From positions 436,169 through 500,168 of the forward strand of contig JAWBAK010000001.1 in assembly GCA_038997165.1 (NCBI GenBank): DNA of 64,000 bases, read 5' to 3'. The translations under genes and the position numbers were made by a program. Source of the stretch: Candidatus Aenigmatarchaeota archaeon. Lineage in GTDB: Archaea; Aenigmatarchaeota; Aenigmatarchaeia; CG10238-14; SpSt-28. The notes below the pieces were generated by a model, which made no database searches, was not told where the DNA came from, and worked only from the letters and a program-made list of their open reading frames with translations. Positions 29,212 to 38,965 of the stretch are shown here, in pieces; position 1 is the first letter of the stretch; every line of letters starts with the position of its first letter.

Positions 29212-31436
29212 TAAATTCTTTCCATAATTCTTTCTTCCCATCTTTTATAAATTTCATTAGAATCTAATTTTCCAATCTCGTTTTTTACTTCTTCAGAGAT
29301 TAGATTAAACAATTCATTACTCCATACAACAAACTCAGCCTCTAAAAGTTCTGGTCTTTTAAGTTCTTCGCTTAGTTCAACTAATCTTTGTTTTATTTTT
29401 GCTCTAAGTAAAATATTATTCCATACTAAATCCCAATTTCCATAAAATTCTGGAATTCTTTTTGAAATTTCTCTTATAACAAAACTTTCTCCATTAATTA
29501 GTGTTTGAGTTGGTAATAAGGTATCTTCTTTTGCATTATAAATCATTAATGGAGCAAATGCATTTTCAGCTAATGGATCTTCTTCCCAATGTTTTTTAAC
29601 TTCGACAACTTCAACAACTCTTTTATATCTTCTTAATCCATCTGCAGATTTTAAATTTGCAGAAATTATTATTAAATCTACCGCTTTAAAACTTGTTTTA
29701 GGAACTTTAAGATCATTAACAACTCTATCGAAAACTCCATATGCAGATTCTCCATGAATTGTTCCAGCAACACTATGTGCCAATGCACCAACTCTCATTG
29801 CTTCAAAAAGCGTTAATGCTTCTGTAGATCTAATTTCTCCAATTATTAATGCACTATCTCCCAATCTTAATGCAGTTCTTAAAGCTTCTTCAGCAGGTAA
29901 TTCGCTTTCTACTTTTGTTATTACACTTCTAGATTTTAATCTTTCGATATTAAATCCTAATTCTCTCATTTGTGGTACAGGCAATTCTAAAGTATCTTCG
30001 ATAACAATTATTCTATATTTTCTGGGAATTTCTAACATTATTGCTCCTAATAAACTAGTTTTTCCTGAACCTCTTCCACCAGCAACTAAAAAACTTCTTC
30101 CACCAGCAACTATAAAATTCATTAATCCAGCAAACAAAGGATTAATTGCTTTCTTTTTTATTAATAATGGTAAAGTCCATGGTTTATCTCTATGTCTTCT
30201 AAAGGCAAATGATAAACCTTCTGGATTTAAACTTCTTGTAGTAATTGCTACTCTAGCTTTTCCCTCTGGTATTGATAATTCAGTATCTAAAACTGGATTT
30301 GCTTCATCTAATGGTCTTCCAGAATATAATCTAAACTTAGTTGCCCAATTTTCAGCTTCTATAGGAGAAATTACTATATTTGTTTCACATTCCTCGTAAT
30401 TTGCGTGTTGAACAAAAATTGGAAGCATTCCTATTGGTGCATTAACATAAATATCTGTAACATTTTCATCTGCAAGAATTCTTTCTAAAATTCCAAAGCC
30501 TACAGTATATCTAACTAGAATATCTGCCAATTCTTTCATTCTTTTTTCTGGAATCGGTATGTTTAATTCTTGTGAAACTCTTTTAATTAAGTCTAATTCT
30601 AAATTATAAAATGCTTCTCTTGTCTTTTGAAAATCTTTTAGTTCAGTTTCACTTGGTCTATGTTCTGCTAAATATTCTCTAACTTTTTCTAAAACCTTTA
30701 TTTCATCGCTTGTTAATAAAAATTCTGGTGCATATAAAACATATACATATCTAACTTTGTTCGGAACTTTATAAATTTCAACTTTTATATTTTTAAATTC
30801 ATATTCTTCAACTTTTATTGAATTTTTTGGTAATGTTAAATAAAATTTTGTTTCCATGAAGATTGGTCTTATTATTGGGGAAAAAATCTCTCTATAAATT
30901 CTTCTATCTCCAGGTCTATATAAATAATTTTCTTCTATTTCTTTTTCTCTCAATTTTTTTATTATATAAAGCTTTTCTAATTCTTCTAATATAGGATTTA
31001 TATGATTTTCAACAAAACTCTTCAAAATATAATCTTTATTTTTTATTGAAATAAACTCCAATCTATTTTTTAATGAAATAAGTTTTTTATAACTTTCAAT
31101 ACAATCTGATTTTATGTTTTCTACTATTTCATTAAGAAGATTAAAATAATTCGAAAGTTTTTCGAAAAATTTAATTTCTTCTGGAAATGCTGTTAATAAT
31201 TTTTTTGAATGTATATTTTCGTAACAATTGGCAATTTCTTTCAATATCTTTGTTTGTTCATAATCATATTCTAATTCTCTTTCTCCAACGATTAAAATTT
31301 CTATAATATTTTTGTTTGCAATTAGATTTTCTATAACTAATTTCATTGTTTCTTTTCCATCTTCAATTGTTATTAAATCATTCCAACCAGCTCTTAAGTC
31401 TATATATAGTTTGTTTTCTCTTATGTTAATTTCCAT
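29208..31436 (-). CDS. Type II/IV secretion ATPase (FlaI/TadA/VirB11 family) with long N-terminal extension
   Basis: GGRGSGKT Walker A, IEDTLEL Asp box, ALRLG..LIIGEIR Walker B, GTIHG His box. Confidence 0.92.
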   Translation of the reverse strand: MEINIRENKLYIDLRAGWNDLITIEDGKETMKLVIENLIANKNIIEILIVGERELEYDYEQTKILKEIANCYENIHSKKLLTAFPEEIKFFEKLSNYFNLLNEIVENIKSDCIESYKKLISLKNRLEFISIKNKDYILKSFVENHINPILEELEKLYIIKKLREKEIEENYLYRPGDRRIYREIFSPIIRPIFMETKFYLTLPKNSIKVEEYEFKNIKVEIYKVPNKVRYVYVLYAPEFLLTSDEIKVLEKVREYLAEHRPSETELKDFQKTREAFYNLELDLIKRVSQELNIPIPEKRMKELADILVRYTVGFGILERILADENVTDIYVNAPIGMLPIFVQHANYEECETNIVISPIEAENWATKFRLYSGRPLDEANPVLDTELSIPEGKARVAITTRSLNPEGLSFAFRRHRDKPWTLPLLIKKKAINPLFAGLMNFIVAGGRSFLVAGGRGSGKTSLLGAIMLEIPRKYRIIVIEDTLELPVPQMRELGFNIERLKSRSVITKVESELPAEEALRTALRLGDSALIIGEIRSTEALTLFEAMRVGALAHSVAGTIHGESAYGVFDRVVNDLKVPKTSFKAVDLIIISANLKSADGLRRYKRVVEVVEVKKHWEEDPLAENAFAPLMIYNAKEDTLLPTQTLINGESFVIREISKRIPEFYGNWDLVWNNILLRAKIKQRLVELSEELKRPELLEAEFVVWSNELFNLISEEVKNEIGKLDSNEIYKRWEERIMERIY

Positions 31437-31464
31437 AAATATATATTTTTAATGATAAACAATT

Positions 31465-31851
31465 ATGGTAGAAAAAATAAGTTCTCAGGATCAAAAAATT
31501 ATAAATATTCTTAACGACATGAATTTATATTTAAAATTTTTAGAACAAAGAATTATTAAATTAGAATTGGAGTTAAAAACTTTGAATGAAAATTTTGAAA
31601 AATATAGAAAAACGGTTATAGAAGAAATAGATAAACTAAAAAAAGAGAGTTTATCTCTTAAAAATTTGATAGATTCTTTAAATTTAGAAATAGAAAAAAT
31701 AAAATTAGAATTGAAGAAAAAAGCAGATTTAGTTGAAGTTAAAGAAATAAAAGAATTATTTAATCTTTTTAATCCGCTTAAATCAACTTTTGTAACGAAA
31801 GAAGAAGTTAAGAGAATTATAAACGAATTAATAAATATTAAAAAAGAATAA
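31465..31851 (+). CDS. Coiled-coil hypothetical protein
   Basis: 128 aa, continuous heptad pattern, L/E/K rich. Confidence 0.75.
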   Translation: MVEKISSQDQKIINILNDMNLYLKFLEQRIIKLELELKTLNENFEKYRKTVIEEIDKLKKESLSLKNLIDSLNLEIEKIKLELKKKADLVEVKEIKELFNLFNPLKSTFVTKEEVKRIINELINIKKE

Positions 31852-31857
31852 TTTATT

Positions 31858-32568
31858 ATGATTTTATTTGGTAGTAAAAAAGAAAAAAAAGAAGGTAAGG
31901 GAGAAATTCCAACAGAAAAAGTCAAAAATTTTTTAAATAAAGGGTTTAGCGAAATAGAAATTATTGATATTTTAAGAAAGGAGGGATATTCGCCAGAAGA
32001 AATTGATAAAGCACTTATGCAAGCTTCTATCGAAATAAAATCTTCTCAATTATTTCAATCTCCTCAAACTTCATCGCAACAAAATTTAATTTCTCAAAAT
32101 TTATCTTCTCAATCTCAAATTCTTCAACCTCAACTTCAAACTTCTCAATCAACTTCTTTACAAACTCAAATAGTTGAAGTTAAGCCAGCTCAACCTACAA
32201 GTATACAAAAAGAAGTTAAAGAAAGTTTTGAAGAATCTCAGATAGATTATATAAGTTTACAAGAATATATAGATTACTTATTGAGATCAAAAACTCAAGA
32301 AATAAATAAAAGATTGATGGAAATAAATTTAAAGTTTAAAGAGTTCGAAGAAAGGGTTTTAAGTTTAAAAGATGAAATCGAATCTGTATCAAAAGGTACG
32401 AAAGAAGATTTAAATAAGATTTTAAATGAAATAAGATTAAATAGAGATAATATAAATGATTTATCAATAAAGGTTGAAACTTTAAATAAAACTTTAAAAG
32501 AACTTTTACCATCTTTAATAGAAAGCGTAAGATTATTAAGTGAAATAATTCAAAAACTTAAATCATAA
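31858..32568 (+). CDS. Hypothetical protein: small helical N-domain, Q/S/P-rich linker, C-terminal coiled coil
   Basis: KGFSEIEIIDILRKEGYSPEEIDKAL; low-complexity SSQ/QSPQ linker; heptad C-terminal half. Confidence 0.78.
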   Translation: MILFGSKKEKKEGKGEIPTEKVKNFLNKGFSEIEIIDILRKEGYSPEEIDKALMQASIEIKSSQLFQSPQTSSQQNLISQNLSSQSQILQPQLQTSQSTSLQTQIVEVKPAQPTSIQKEVKESFEESQIDYISLQEYIDYLLRSKTQEINKRLMEINLKFKEFEERVLSLKDEIESVSKGTKEDLNKILNEIRLNRDNINDLSIKVETLNKTLKELLPSLIESVRLLSEIIQKLKS

Positions 32569-33125
32569 TGAATACTTTAGAAGAAATAATAAGAAATACT
32601 TTAATAGATACTGGAATAATAACTTTTATTGTTCCCTCGCTATTATTTATGACTTTAGTTTATGTTTTTCTAACTCGATCAAAAATTGTTGAGTCAAAAG
32701 CGATAGCTGGAATAATTTCTTTTTCAGTTTTTTTATTAGTATTAATTTTTCCAATAATATCTGGAATTAATATTTCAATATTTCTTTCAACTTTTTTTGT
32801 TCAAATGTTTTTTCTAACTTTAATTCTTTTAATAGGTTTGGTAACTTCTTCTATATTTTATTCGGATTTTTCAAAAGTATTAGAGAGATTTCAAAGAAGC
32901 AGAAGTATGGTAGTAGCTATGATAGTATTAGCAATAGTAATTTTTGTTACTAGTGGAATGTTATCTTTTCTAATTTCAACATTGGGAGGACCTTCTGTTG
33001 CTTATGAAAAATTTGAAGGAAAAGCTGTACCAACTGAATTTACATTTACTCTAGCTCTTTTAGTTTTGTTAGTTATATTTGCAGTGATATTAGTTGCTGC
33101 TGGAAGGTTGATTGGTAGAGAATGA
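32568..33125 (+). CDS. Multi-pass membrane protein (paralog family)
   Basis: About 5 TM segments; FIVPS...Y..L..SKI motif. Confidence 0.78.
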   Translation: MNTLEEIIRNTLIDTGIITFIVPSLLFMTLVYVFLTRSKIVESKAIAGIISFSVFLLVLIFPIISGINISIFLSTFFVQMFFLTLILLIGLVTSSIFYSDFSKVLERFQRSRSMVVAMIVLAIVIFVTSGMLSFLISTLGGPSVAYEKFEGKAVPTEFTFTLALLVLLVIFAVILVAAGRLIGRE

Positions 33126-33658
33126 GCGATCCTATTACTGAATTAATTTTAACTCTTCAGAATTTAGGTTTTTTTAAATTTATTATTCCATTTATTTTAA
33201 CATCTGCAGTTTTTTATGGATTATTAAGAAAAAGTAAAATATTTGGAGATCCGAGAGAAAATATTGCCGTAAATGCTACTATTGCAATTTCTGCAGCTTT
33301 TTTAGTTTCTGCAGCTCCTATAATTGCTGGGATTGATATTACTTCTTATCTTTCTGGTTTCTTAATTTATATAACATTTGTAATTGTTGCAATAATTGTA
33401 ATTTCTTTTATTCCGTTTATTTTTAAACCTTCAATAAGCGAACTAGGAGCAACAATTAATAAAAAAACTTTTTTAGTAATGTTTTTTATTACTCTTATAA
33501 TTTTTATTATTATTGGTTTACTAATTTTTAAAAATTTAAATTTTGCATTTCCTCAAATAGCTTCCGAAGAATTTTATTCGACTTTAGGTTTAATAATATT
33601 TCTTATAATATTTTCAATAGTAATATATTTTTCTTTACGACCAACAAAAACTAGTTAA
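33122..33658 (+). CDS. Multi-pass membrane protein (paralog family)
   Basis: About 5 TM segments; FIIPF...Y..L..SKIF..NA.IA motif. Confidence 0.78.
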   Translation: MSDPITELILTLQNLGFFKFIIPFILTSAVFYGLLRKSKIFGDPRENIAVNATIAISAAFLVSAAPIIAGIDITSYLSGFLIYITFVIVAIIVISFIPFIFKPSISELGATINKKTFLVMFFITLIIFIIIGLLIFKNLNFAFPQIASEEFYSTLGLIIFLIIFSIVIYFSLRPTKTS

Positions 33659-34425
33659 AAATATTTTTCCGATATAAGTTCTAAACTTTCTTTTTCAATA
33701 CTAGATAATTGAGATAGTAAAACTATTATAGAAGGTATTTCTATTTCTAATTCTTTTATTTTTTTAATTTTTCCAAAATAAATTTTTTCATCTTTAAAAC
33801 CAATTTTACTTGCTACTAAAACTAAATCTTCTTCATTTATTATATTTTCTTTAAATTCATGTTCTAATTCAATTAAAAAGTTTAAAGCGTCTTTAGGCTT
33901 CAAAAATTCATTTCTTTCTATATCAATATCCAATAGACAAATCGTATGTAATTTGTTTTCTTTATTGATTTTTATATAATTATAAATGCTTTTTGGAAGT
34001 TCTGAAATTTTCGATTTAAGAGGTATAGTTATTATTTTACCAATTTTATAACAACTTATTCCAAATGAAAAGATTGAACAAAAAGAGCAAGAAGAATGAA
34101 TTATTTCAACTTTTATATTATTTTTTATTGCCTCATTTTTTAAAAAAATATGCGTAGTTGCGAAAAATGGTTCGCCAAAAGTTAATATACAAACATTTTT
34201 TTCTTTTGCAATTTCTAAAATTTTTTTATAATTTTCTTCTAACTCATATCTATTTAAAACAAAAATTTTTTTCCTTATAAATTTTTCTATTTCTTCTATA
34301 GAACTTTCAAACAAATTGGTATAATTTTCTAAAAAAATTATATCTGAATTTTTTATTATTTCTAAACCTCTTACGCTTATATCTTTTATGTTTGCAATGC
34401 CCAATCCAACAAAATATAATGTCAT
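33655..34425 (-). CDS. dph5: Diphthine synthase
   Basis: LYFVGLG..DISVRGLE, LENYT, GEPF.ATTH, LHT.CLLDI. Confidence 0.93.
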   Translation of the reverse strand: MTLYFVGLGIANIKDISVRGLEIIKNSDIIFLENYTNLFESSIEEIEKFIRKKIFVLNRYELEENYKKILEIAKEKNVCILTFGEPFFATTHIFLKNEAIKNNIKVEIIHSSCSFCSIFSFGISCYKIGKIITIPLKSKISELPKSIYNYIKINKENKLHTICLLDIDIERNEFLKPKDALNFLIELEHEFKENIINEEDLVLVASKIGFKDEKIYFGKIKKIKELEIEIPSIIVLLSQLSSIEKESLELISEKYF

Positions 34426-35234
34426 ATTGAAATAATTTTTATTTTATCATTATCAATTTTTAAAGCACTTGCTTTTTCGTTTCCATAATACCCTTTCATA
34501 GAAAAAACTGTGATGACTTTATTATTATGGTTATATTTTATTCCATTACATGGTTCATGACTTCTTATTACTAATTTTAGCTTATTATCTTCTAAGAATC
34601 TATTTGTTATATTGTAACCGAATAAATAACCAATTCCTCTATAAGAGGGTAAAAAACCTTCTATTTCATACGGATCATTCCATAATAATTGATTCCAAAC
34701 GGAAATCGATTGTTTCCCAATATCTTCAATTTTTATTCTTTCAATTGGAATTCCGCCATGCACAAAAAAGAAATGTTCATTATAAGCTGCTAAACTTAAT
34801 TTATTCCAAAAATTTTTAATTTCTTGATATATTTCTAATGCTTTATTTCCAAATCTTGCTAATAACTGTCTTGGTAAATCATGAGGAGAAACTATATATT
34901 TTTCGAAAAATTCGTGATTTCCTCTTAAAAGAATAATTTTATCTTTAAATTCATATTTTAACTTTAATATTGTATAATAAACATCAACTTGATAATTTCC
35001 TCTATCTCCATAATCTCCTAAAAAAATTATTGTTTCATCTTCAACAAATTTTAATAAATTCATTAAAGAATCATAATCTCCATGTAAATCACCTATAACG
35101 AACAATTTATTATTTTTGATTTTTTCAACAATATTCTGTTTTTTAATATTAGTTATAAGATCTAAAAATTCTTTAAAAGTTATCTTTCCAAAATTTTTAT
35201 CTATTTCATTTAAAATTTCTTTAATTTCGCTCAT
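34422..35234 (-). CDS. PPP-family Ser/Thr protein phosphatase
   Basis: GDLHG, GDYGDRG, LRGNHE, VHGG, LWNDP, IRSHE, TVFS. Confidence 0.9.
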   Translation of the reverse strand: MSEIKEILNEIDKNFGKITFKEFLDLITNIKKQNIVEKIKNNKLFVIGDLHGDYDSLMNLLKFVEDETIIFLGDYGDRGNYQVDVYYTILKLKYEFKDKIILLRGNHEFFEKYIVSPHDLPRQLLARFGNKALEIYQEIKNFWNKLSLAAYNEHFFFVHGGIPIERIKIEDIGKQSISVWNQLLWNDPYEIEGFLPSYRGIGYLFGYNITNRFLEDNKLKLVIRSHEPCNGIKYNHNNKVITVFSMKGYYGNEKASALKIDNDKIKIISI

Positions 35235-35260
35235 AAAAATAGTAAAATAAGATTTTGTTA

Positions 35261-35938
35261 CTATTTATTGAAAAGTCTATATTTTAAACCTTCTTTAATA
35301 ATCCAGAAAGCAACACCAAAAACTACTTTTATACCTCTTAATATTCTACTCTTTCTATGATATTTAACTGTTACAGGTACAAAACCCAATTTTAAATTAT
35401 TTTTTATACATTCTTTTAGAATCTTTGCTTCAATAATATATCCACCACCTAAAACTTTCTTAAGAATTTTTGCTGCTTCAAATTTCATTGCTATATACCC
35501 ATTACCTAAATCTCTAATATATTTACCAAAAAATAAGAAAAATAAAAAACTCCAAAAATAATTTCCAAGCTTATGTCTAAAAGGGACATCTTTCCAACTT
35601 CTATATCCCTTAACTAAATCGTATCCTTCTTCTAATTTTTTAATTAATCTTGGAGCTTCTTCTGGTAAATGTTGTAAATCAGCATCTATCAAAATTATAT
35701 ATTTCGTATTAGGTAAATTTTCAATTACATATTCGATTCCTGTTCTTATGGCAAACCCTTTTCCTTTATTTTTTTTATGTTTAATAACTATTGCTCCACT
35801 TTTTTTTGCTATTTCATAAGTTTTATCTCTACTACCATCATCAACTACTATTACTTCAAAATTTAGTTTTTTTAATCTTTTTACAACTTCATCTATTGTT
35901 TTTTCCTCATTAAATGCAGGAACTATTGCTACTTTCAT
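35261..35938 (-). CDS. GT2 glycosyltransferase (dolichol-phosphate sugar synthase-like)
   Basis: VPAFNE, VVDDGS.D.T, NKGKG.A, DADLQH. Confidence 0.9.
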   Translation of the reverse strand: MKVAIVPAFNEEKTIDEVVKRLKKLNFEVIVVDDGSRDKTYEIAKKSGAIVIKHKKNKGKGFAIRTGIEYVIENLPNTKYIILIDADLQHLPEEAPRLIKKLEEGYDLVKGYRSWKDVPFRHKLGNYFWSFLFFLFFGKYIRDLGNGYIAMKFEAAKILKKVLGGGYIIEAKILKECIKNNLKLGFVPVTVKYHRKSRILRGIKVVFGVAFWIIKEGLKYRLFNK

Positions 35939-35940
35939 AT

Positions 35941-36141
35941 TTATTTGACAACCATCCTTATATCTTCTTTTTTTAATGTTTTTCTTTTTGAGTTTATCAT
36001 AATTTCTTTTGCCAATTCTAAAATGTTTCTTGAATATTCTTCAATAAAAAATTGTAATTCTTCGATCGCATCTTTTGATAATCTTCTAACTTTTAATTCT
36101 TTTGCAAGTCTTTTTAATGTATTTATAGGGAATTTCTTCAT
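35941..36141 (-). CDS. Archaeal histone (atypical)
   Basis: 66 aa; P...KRL, R.S.DA, RKTLKKEDI histone-fold pattern. Confidence 0.88.
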   Translation of the reverse strand: MKKFPINTLKRLAKELKVRRLSKDAIEELQFFIEEYSRNILELAKEIMINSKRKTLKKEDIRMVVK

Positions 36142-36147
36142 AAAATT

Positions 36148-36558
36148 ATGGAAGATTTTATAATTAAAACAATTTTGATAATAATTTTTAGTGGATTAGT
36201 TGGAATTGAAAGAGAAGTAAGACACAAGGCTGCTGGAATAAGAACTCATATATTAGTTGGCTTATCTGCATTTATTTTTACACATTTTTCTATATTATAT
36301 TTTGGTAATGCTGAAGCAGCAAGAATTATAGCAAATATTCTAGTTGGAATGGGATTTATAGGGGCAGGAACTATAATTAAAGAAGAACATTCTGAAAAAG
36401 TTGTTGGAATAACTACTGCAGCTTCTTTATGGTTTGCTACTTCTATAGGAATTTTAGTAGGTTTAAATTTCTTAATCGAAGCTTTTATTCTATCTTTAAT
36501 AGGTTTTTTTATTTTAGCTTCTAAAGAAATTTATTTAATTTTTTCTAAGAAATATTAA
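36148..36558 (+). CDS. MgtC/SapB family membrane protein
   Basis: GIERE..HKAAGIRTH, G.GFIGAGTI, GITTAASLW. Confidence 0.93.
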   Translation: MEDFIIKTILIIIFSGLVGIEREVRHKAAGIRTHILVGLSAFIFTHFSILYFGNAEAARIIANILVGMGFIGAGTIIKEEHSEKVVGITTAASLWFATSIGILVGLNFLIEAFILSLIGFFILASKEIYLIFSKKY

Positions 36559-36972
36559 ATGGTAGTTAGATTTAAGAAAAAAAGGAGGAGAGGAGAAAGG
36601 AGTTATCATGGTAGACATGGATATCCAAGAGGCGGAGGAAATAGGGGAGGAAGAGGTAGATCTGGAAAATTTGATCACAAATTAATGCATTTTTTAAAAT
36701 ATGAGAGAATTGAACAAAAAGGTTTTAAGTATCCGCTAAGAAGGGAGAAAAAAATTATAAATTTACAAAATCTTTCAAATTTAATTGATAGATTAATTTT
36801 TAATGGAGAAATAAATGAAAATAATATAGAAATAGATTTAAATAAATTTGGCTATGAAAAGTTAGTTTCAAAAGGTGAAATTAATAAAAGAATTATTGTA
36901 AAAGTAAAAAGTGCATCAAAAAAAGCTATTGAAAAAATAGAAAAAGTGGGAGGTAAAGTTATTTTAACTTAA
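36559..36972 (+). CDS. rpl15: Ribosomal protein uL15
   Basis: RGGGNRGGRG, INL..L, ASKKAIEKIEKVGG. Confidence 0.93.
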   Translation: MVVRFKKKRRRGERSYHGRHGYPRGGGNRGGRGRSGKFDHKLMHFLKYERIEQKGFKYPLRREKKIINLQNLSNLIDRLIFNGEINENNIEIDLNKFGYEKLVSKGEINKRIIVKVKSASKKAIEKIEKVGGKVILT

Positions 36973-36975
36973 AGT

Positions 36976-38409
36976 ATGAATATAGATATAGAAAAAATAG
37001 TTTCATATTTTCCTTCTGTAGAAAAATTAAAAAGAGGTTTATCCTTTAAAGAAAAATTGAAATGGATGTTAATTATTCTATTGGTTTATTTTTTTCTTTA
37101 TCATATTCCATTAATTGGAATTCTCCCAATTTATCAAGCTCCTAATCCTTTAGTTGCTTTATATTCTACATTAACAGGTGCAAGAATTGGAAGTATATTA
37201 ACTTTAGGTATTGCCCCAATTTTAACTTCTTCTATTATAGTTCAAATTTTAGTTGCTTCAAAAATTATAAGTTGGGATATAAGAGAACCCGAAGAAAGAA
37301 AAAAAATTAGAGCATTAGAAAAATTAATGGCTATTATTTTTATATTTGTAGAAGGATTTGTTTTTACATTTTCTATAGGTAATTTTTTTCCTATAAAAAA
37401 AGGTTTTGAGTTTTTAATTTTTTTTCAAATTGTTTTGGGAGGATTTATATCTTTTCTTTTAGCCGACGCTTTAGATAAAATCGATATTGGAGGAATAAAT
37501 CTAATAATTTTAGCTGGAATAATTTCTTCATTTTTTATAAGTTTATTTAGTCCGTTTTCTATTTCAAAAAACGGTAATTATATTCTATGGTTTCAAGAAA
37601 AAGATGCATATCCAATTGGAAAAGTAATTTCTTTATTTGTAGCAATGCAAAGAAACAATTTTGAAATATTTGTTACAAGTTTTATTTCTTTATTTTCAAC
37701 ATTTTTATTAATTTTCTTTGTAATTTATATTTTAAGATCTATAATAGAAATTCCCATTCTTCATTTTCAAATTAGAGGTTTTGGAAGACCTTTAGAATTT
37801 AGTTTGTTTTATACTTCAGTATTACCAATTATTTTTGGTTCTGCACTGTTAGCAAATTTAAATTTAATGTTTTTGGCTTCTGCTTCAACTTATATAGATG
37901 AATATAGATGCGGAATTTTTGGATGTTTTGATGCTAATAATAATCCAATAAGTGGAATTGCTTATTATTTATCTTCTCCTAGAAATTTAATTTTTGAATT
38001 TATTGGTTTTGGAAATAGAGAAAAATTGTTTAATGAAATTATAAGGTTAATAATATTCTTTTTATTTTTTACTTTTATTTTGGTTGTATTTTCTTGGATT
38101 TGGACATATACGGCAGGAATGGATCCAGAATCTATTGCAGAAAATTTAACATATTATGGGTTTGGAATTAGTGGTTATAGAGTTGATGAAAGAATTGTAA
38201 AAGATGTTTTAAATAGATATATTCCTTATTTAACAATTTTAAGTGGAATTTTTGGTGCCTTAATAGCTACCTTAGCTGATATTAGTGGAAGCGTTTTAGT
38301 TTCGACTTCTTTAATAATTTTAGTTTCTGCATCTTATAACTATTTATTAATGTTTAAAAGAGAAAGAAGTGAAGATATACCAACTATAATTAAAAAATTT
38401 TTAGAATGA
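36976..38409 (+). CDS. secY: Preprotein translocase SecY
   Basis: GSILTLGIAPILTSSI, FYTSVLPII, GMDP..IA, RYIP; follows uL15. Confidence 0.95.
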   Translation: MNIDIEKIVSYFPSVEKLKRGLSFKEKLKWMLIILLVYFFLYHIPLIGILPIYQAPNPLVALYSTLTGARIGSILTLGIAPILTSSIIVQILVASKIISWDIREPEERKKIRALEKLMAIIFIFVEGFVFTFSIGNFFPIKKGFEFLIFFQIVLGGFISFLLADALDKIDIGGINLIILAGIISSFFISLFSPFSISKNGNYILWFQEKDAYPIGKVISLFVAMQRNNFEIFVTSFISLFSTFLLIFFVIYILRSIIEIPILHFQIRGFGRPLEFSLFYTSVLPIIFGSALLANLNLMFLASASTYIDEYRCGIFGCFDANNNPISGIAYYLSSPRNLIFEFIGFGNREKLFNEIIRLIIFFLFFTFILVVFSWIWTYTAGMDPESIAENLTYYGFGISGYRVDERIVKDVLNRYIPYLTILSGIFGALIATLADISGSVLVSTSLIILVSASYNYLLMFKRERSEDIPTIIKKFLE

Positions 38410-38777
38410 GTTTTTTAGTAATTTTAATATTTGCAATGTTTTATTCAATTTTTTCTACTATTATAGATTTTTTTGTTGAAAGAGATAAAGAAATTCAAAA
38501 AATATCTAAAAAAATTGAAAGTTATTTAAAGAAAAACTTAAAAGAAAAGGCGTTCGAAAATTACCTCAAACTTTTTGAGAATATGAAAAAATATATTATT
38601 TTAAATATTTCTATAGGAGTTTTTATATTTATAATTCTTTTGCTTCTATTAAATAATACTCAAATATTAATGCCAGTTTTAAATATATCAATTAGTTGGT
38701 TTTGGATTTATATAATTTTTTGCTTAATCTTTAAATATTTTTTTAAACTAATTTTTAAAGCATGGGAAAAGAAGTAA
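38406..38777 (+). CDS. Three-TM membrane protein, probably a reduced DUF106/Oxa1-superfamily (EMC3/TMCO1-like) protein
   Basis: TM-coiled coil-TM-TM with WFWIYI; syntenic position between secY and L34e. Confidence 0.55.
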   Translation: MSFLVILIFAMFYSIFSTIIDFFVERDKEIQKISKKIESYLKKNLKEKAFENYLKLFENMKKYIILNISIGVFIFIILLLLLNNTQILMPVLNISISWFWIYIIFCLIFKYFFKLIFKAWEKK

Positions 38778-38965
38778 AAGTATATGGATTTGTAAGATGT
38801 GCAAAATGTAGGGGAATAATACATGGAGTTCCTAAAGCTCATAAGTTAAAAAAATTATCATTATCTAAAAAAAGGGTTGAAAGAATATTTGGTGGTTATC
38901 TATGTTCAAAATGTGCTAGAGAAACTATTAAAGAAAAAATAAGAAAAATATTTAGATTAGTATGA
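38762..38965 (+). CDS. rpl34e: Ribosomal protein eL34 (short N-terminus)
   Basis: RCAKC...HGVP, SKKRVER.FGGYLC..C. Confidence 0.92.
   Translation: MGKEVKVYGFVRCAKCRGIIHGVPKAHKLKKLSLSKKRVERIFGGYLCSKCARETIKEKIRKIFRLV

Noticed and set aside
32040-32200. Tandem DNA repeat in the Q/S-rich segment
   Set aside because: Low-complexity protein linker with no fixed repeat unit.
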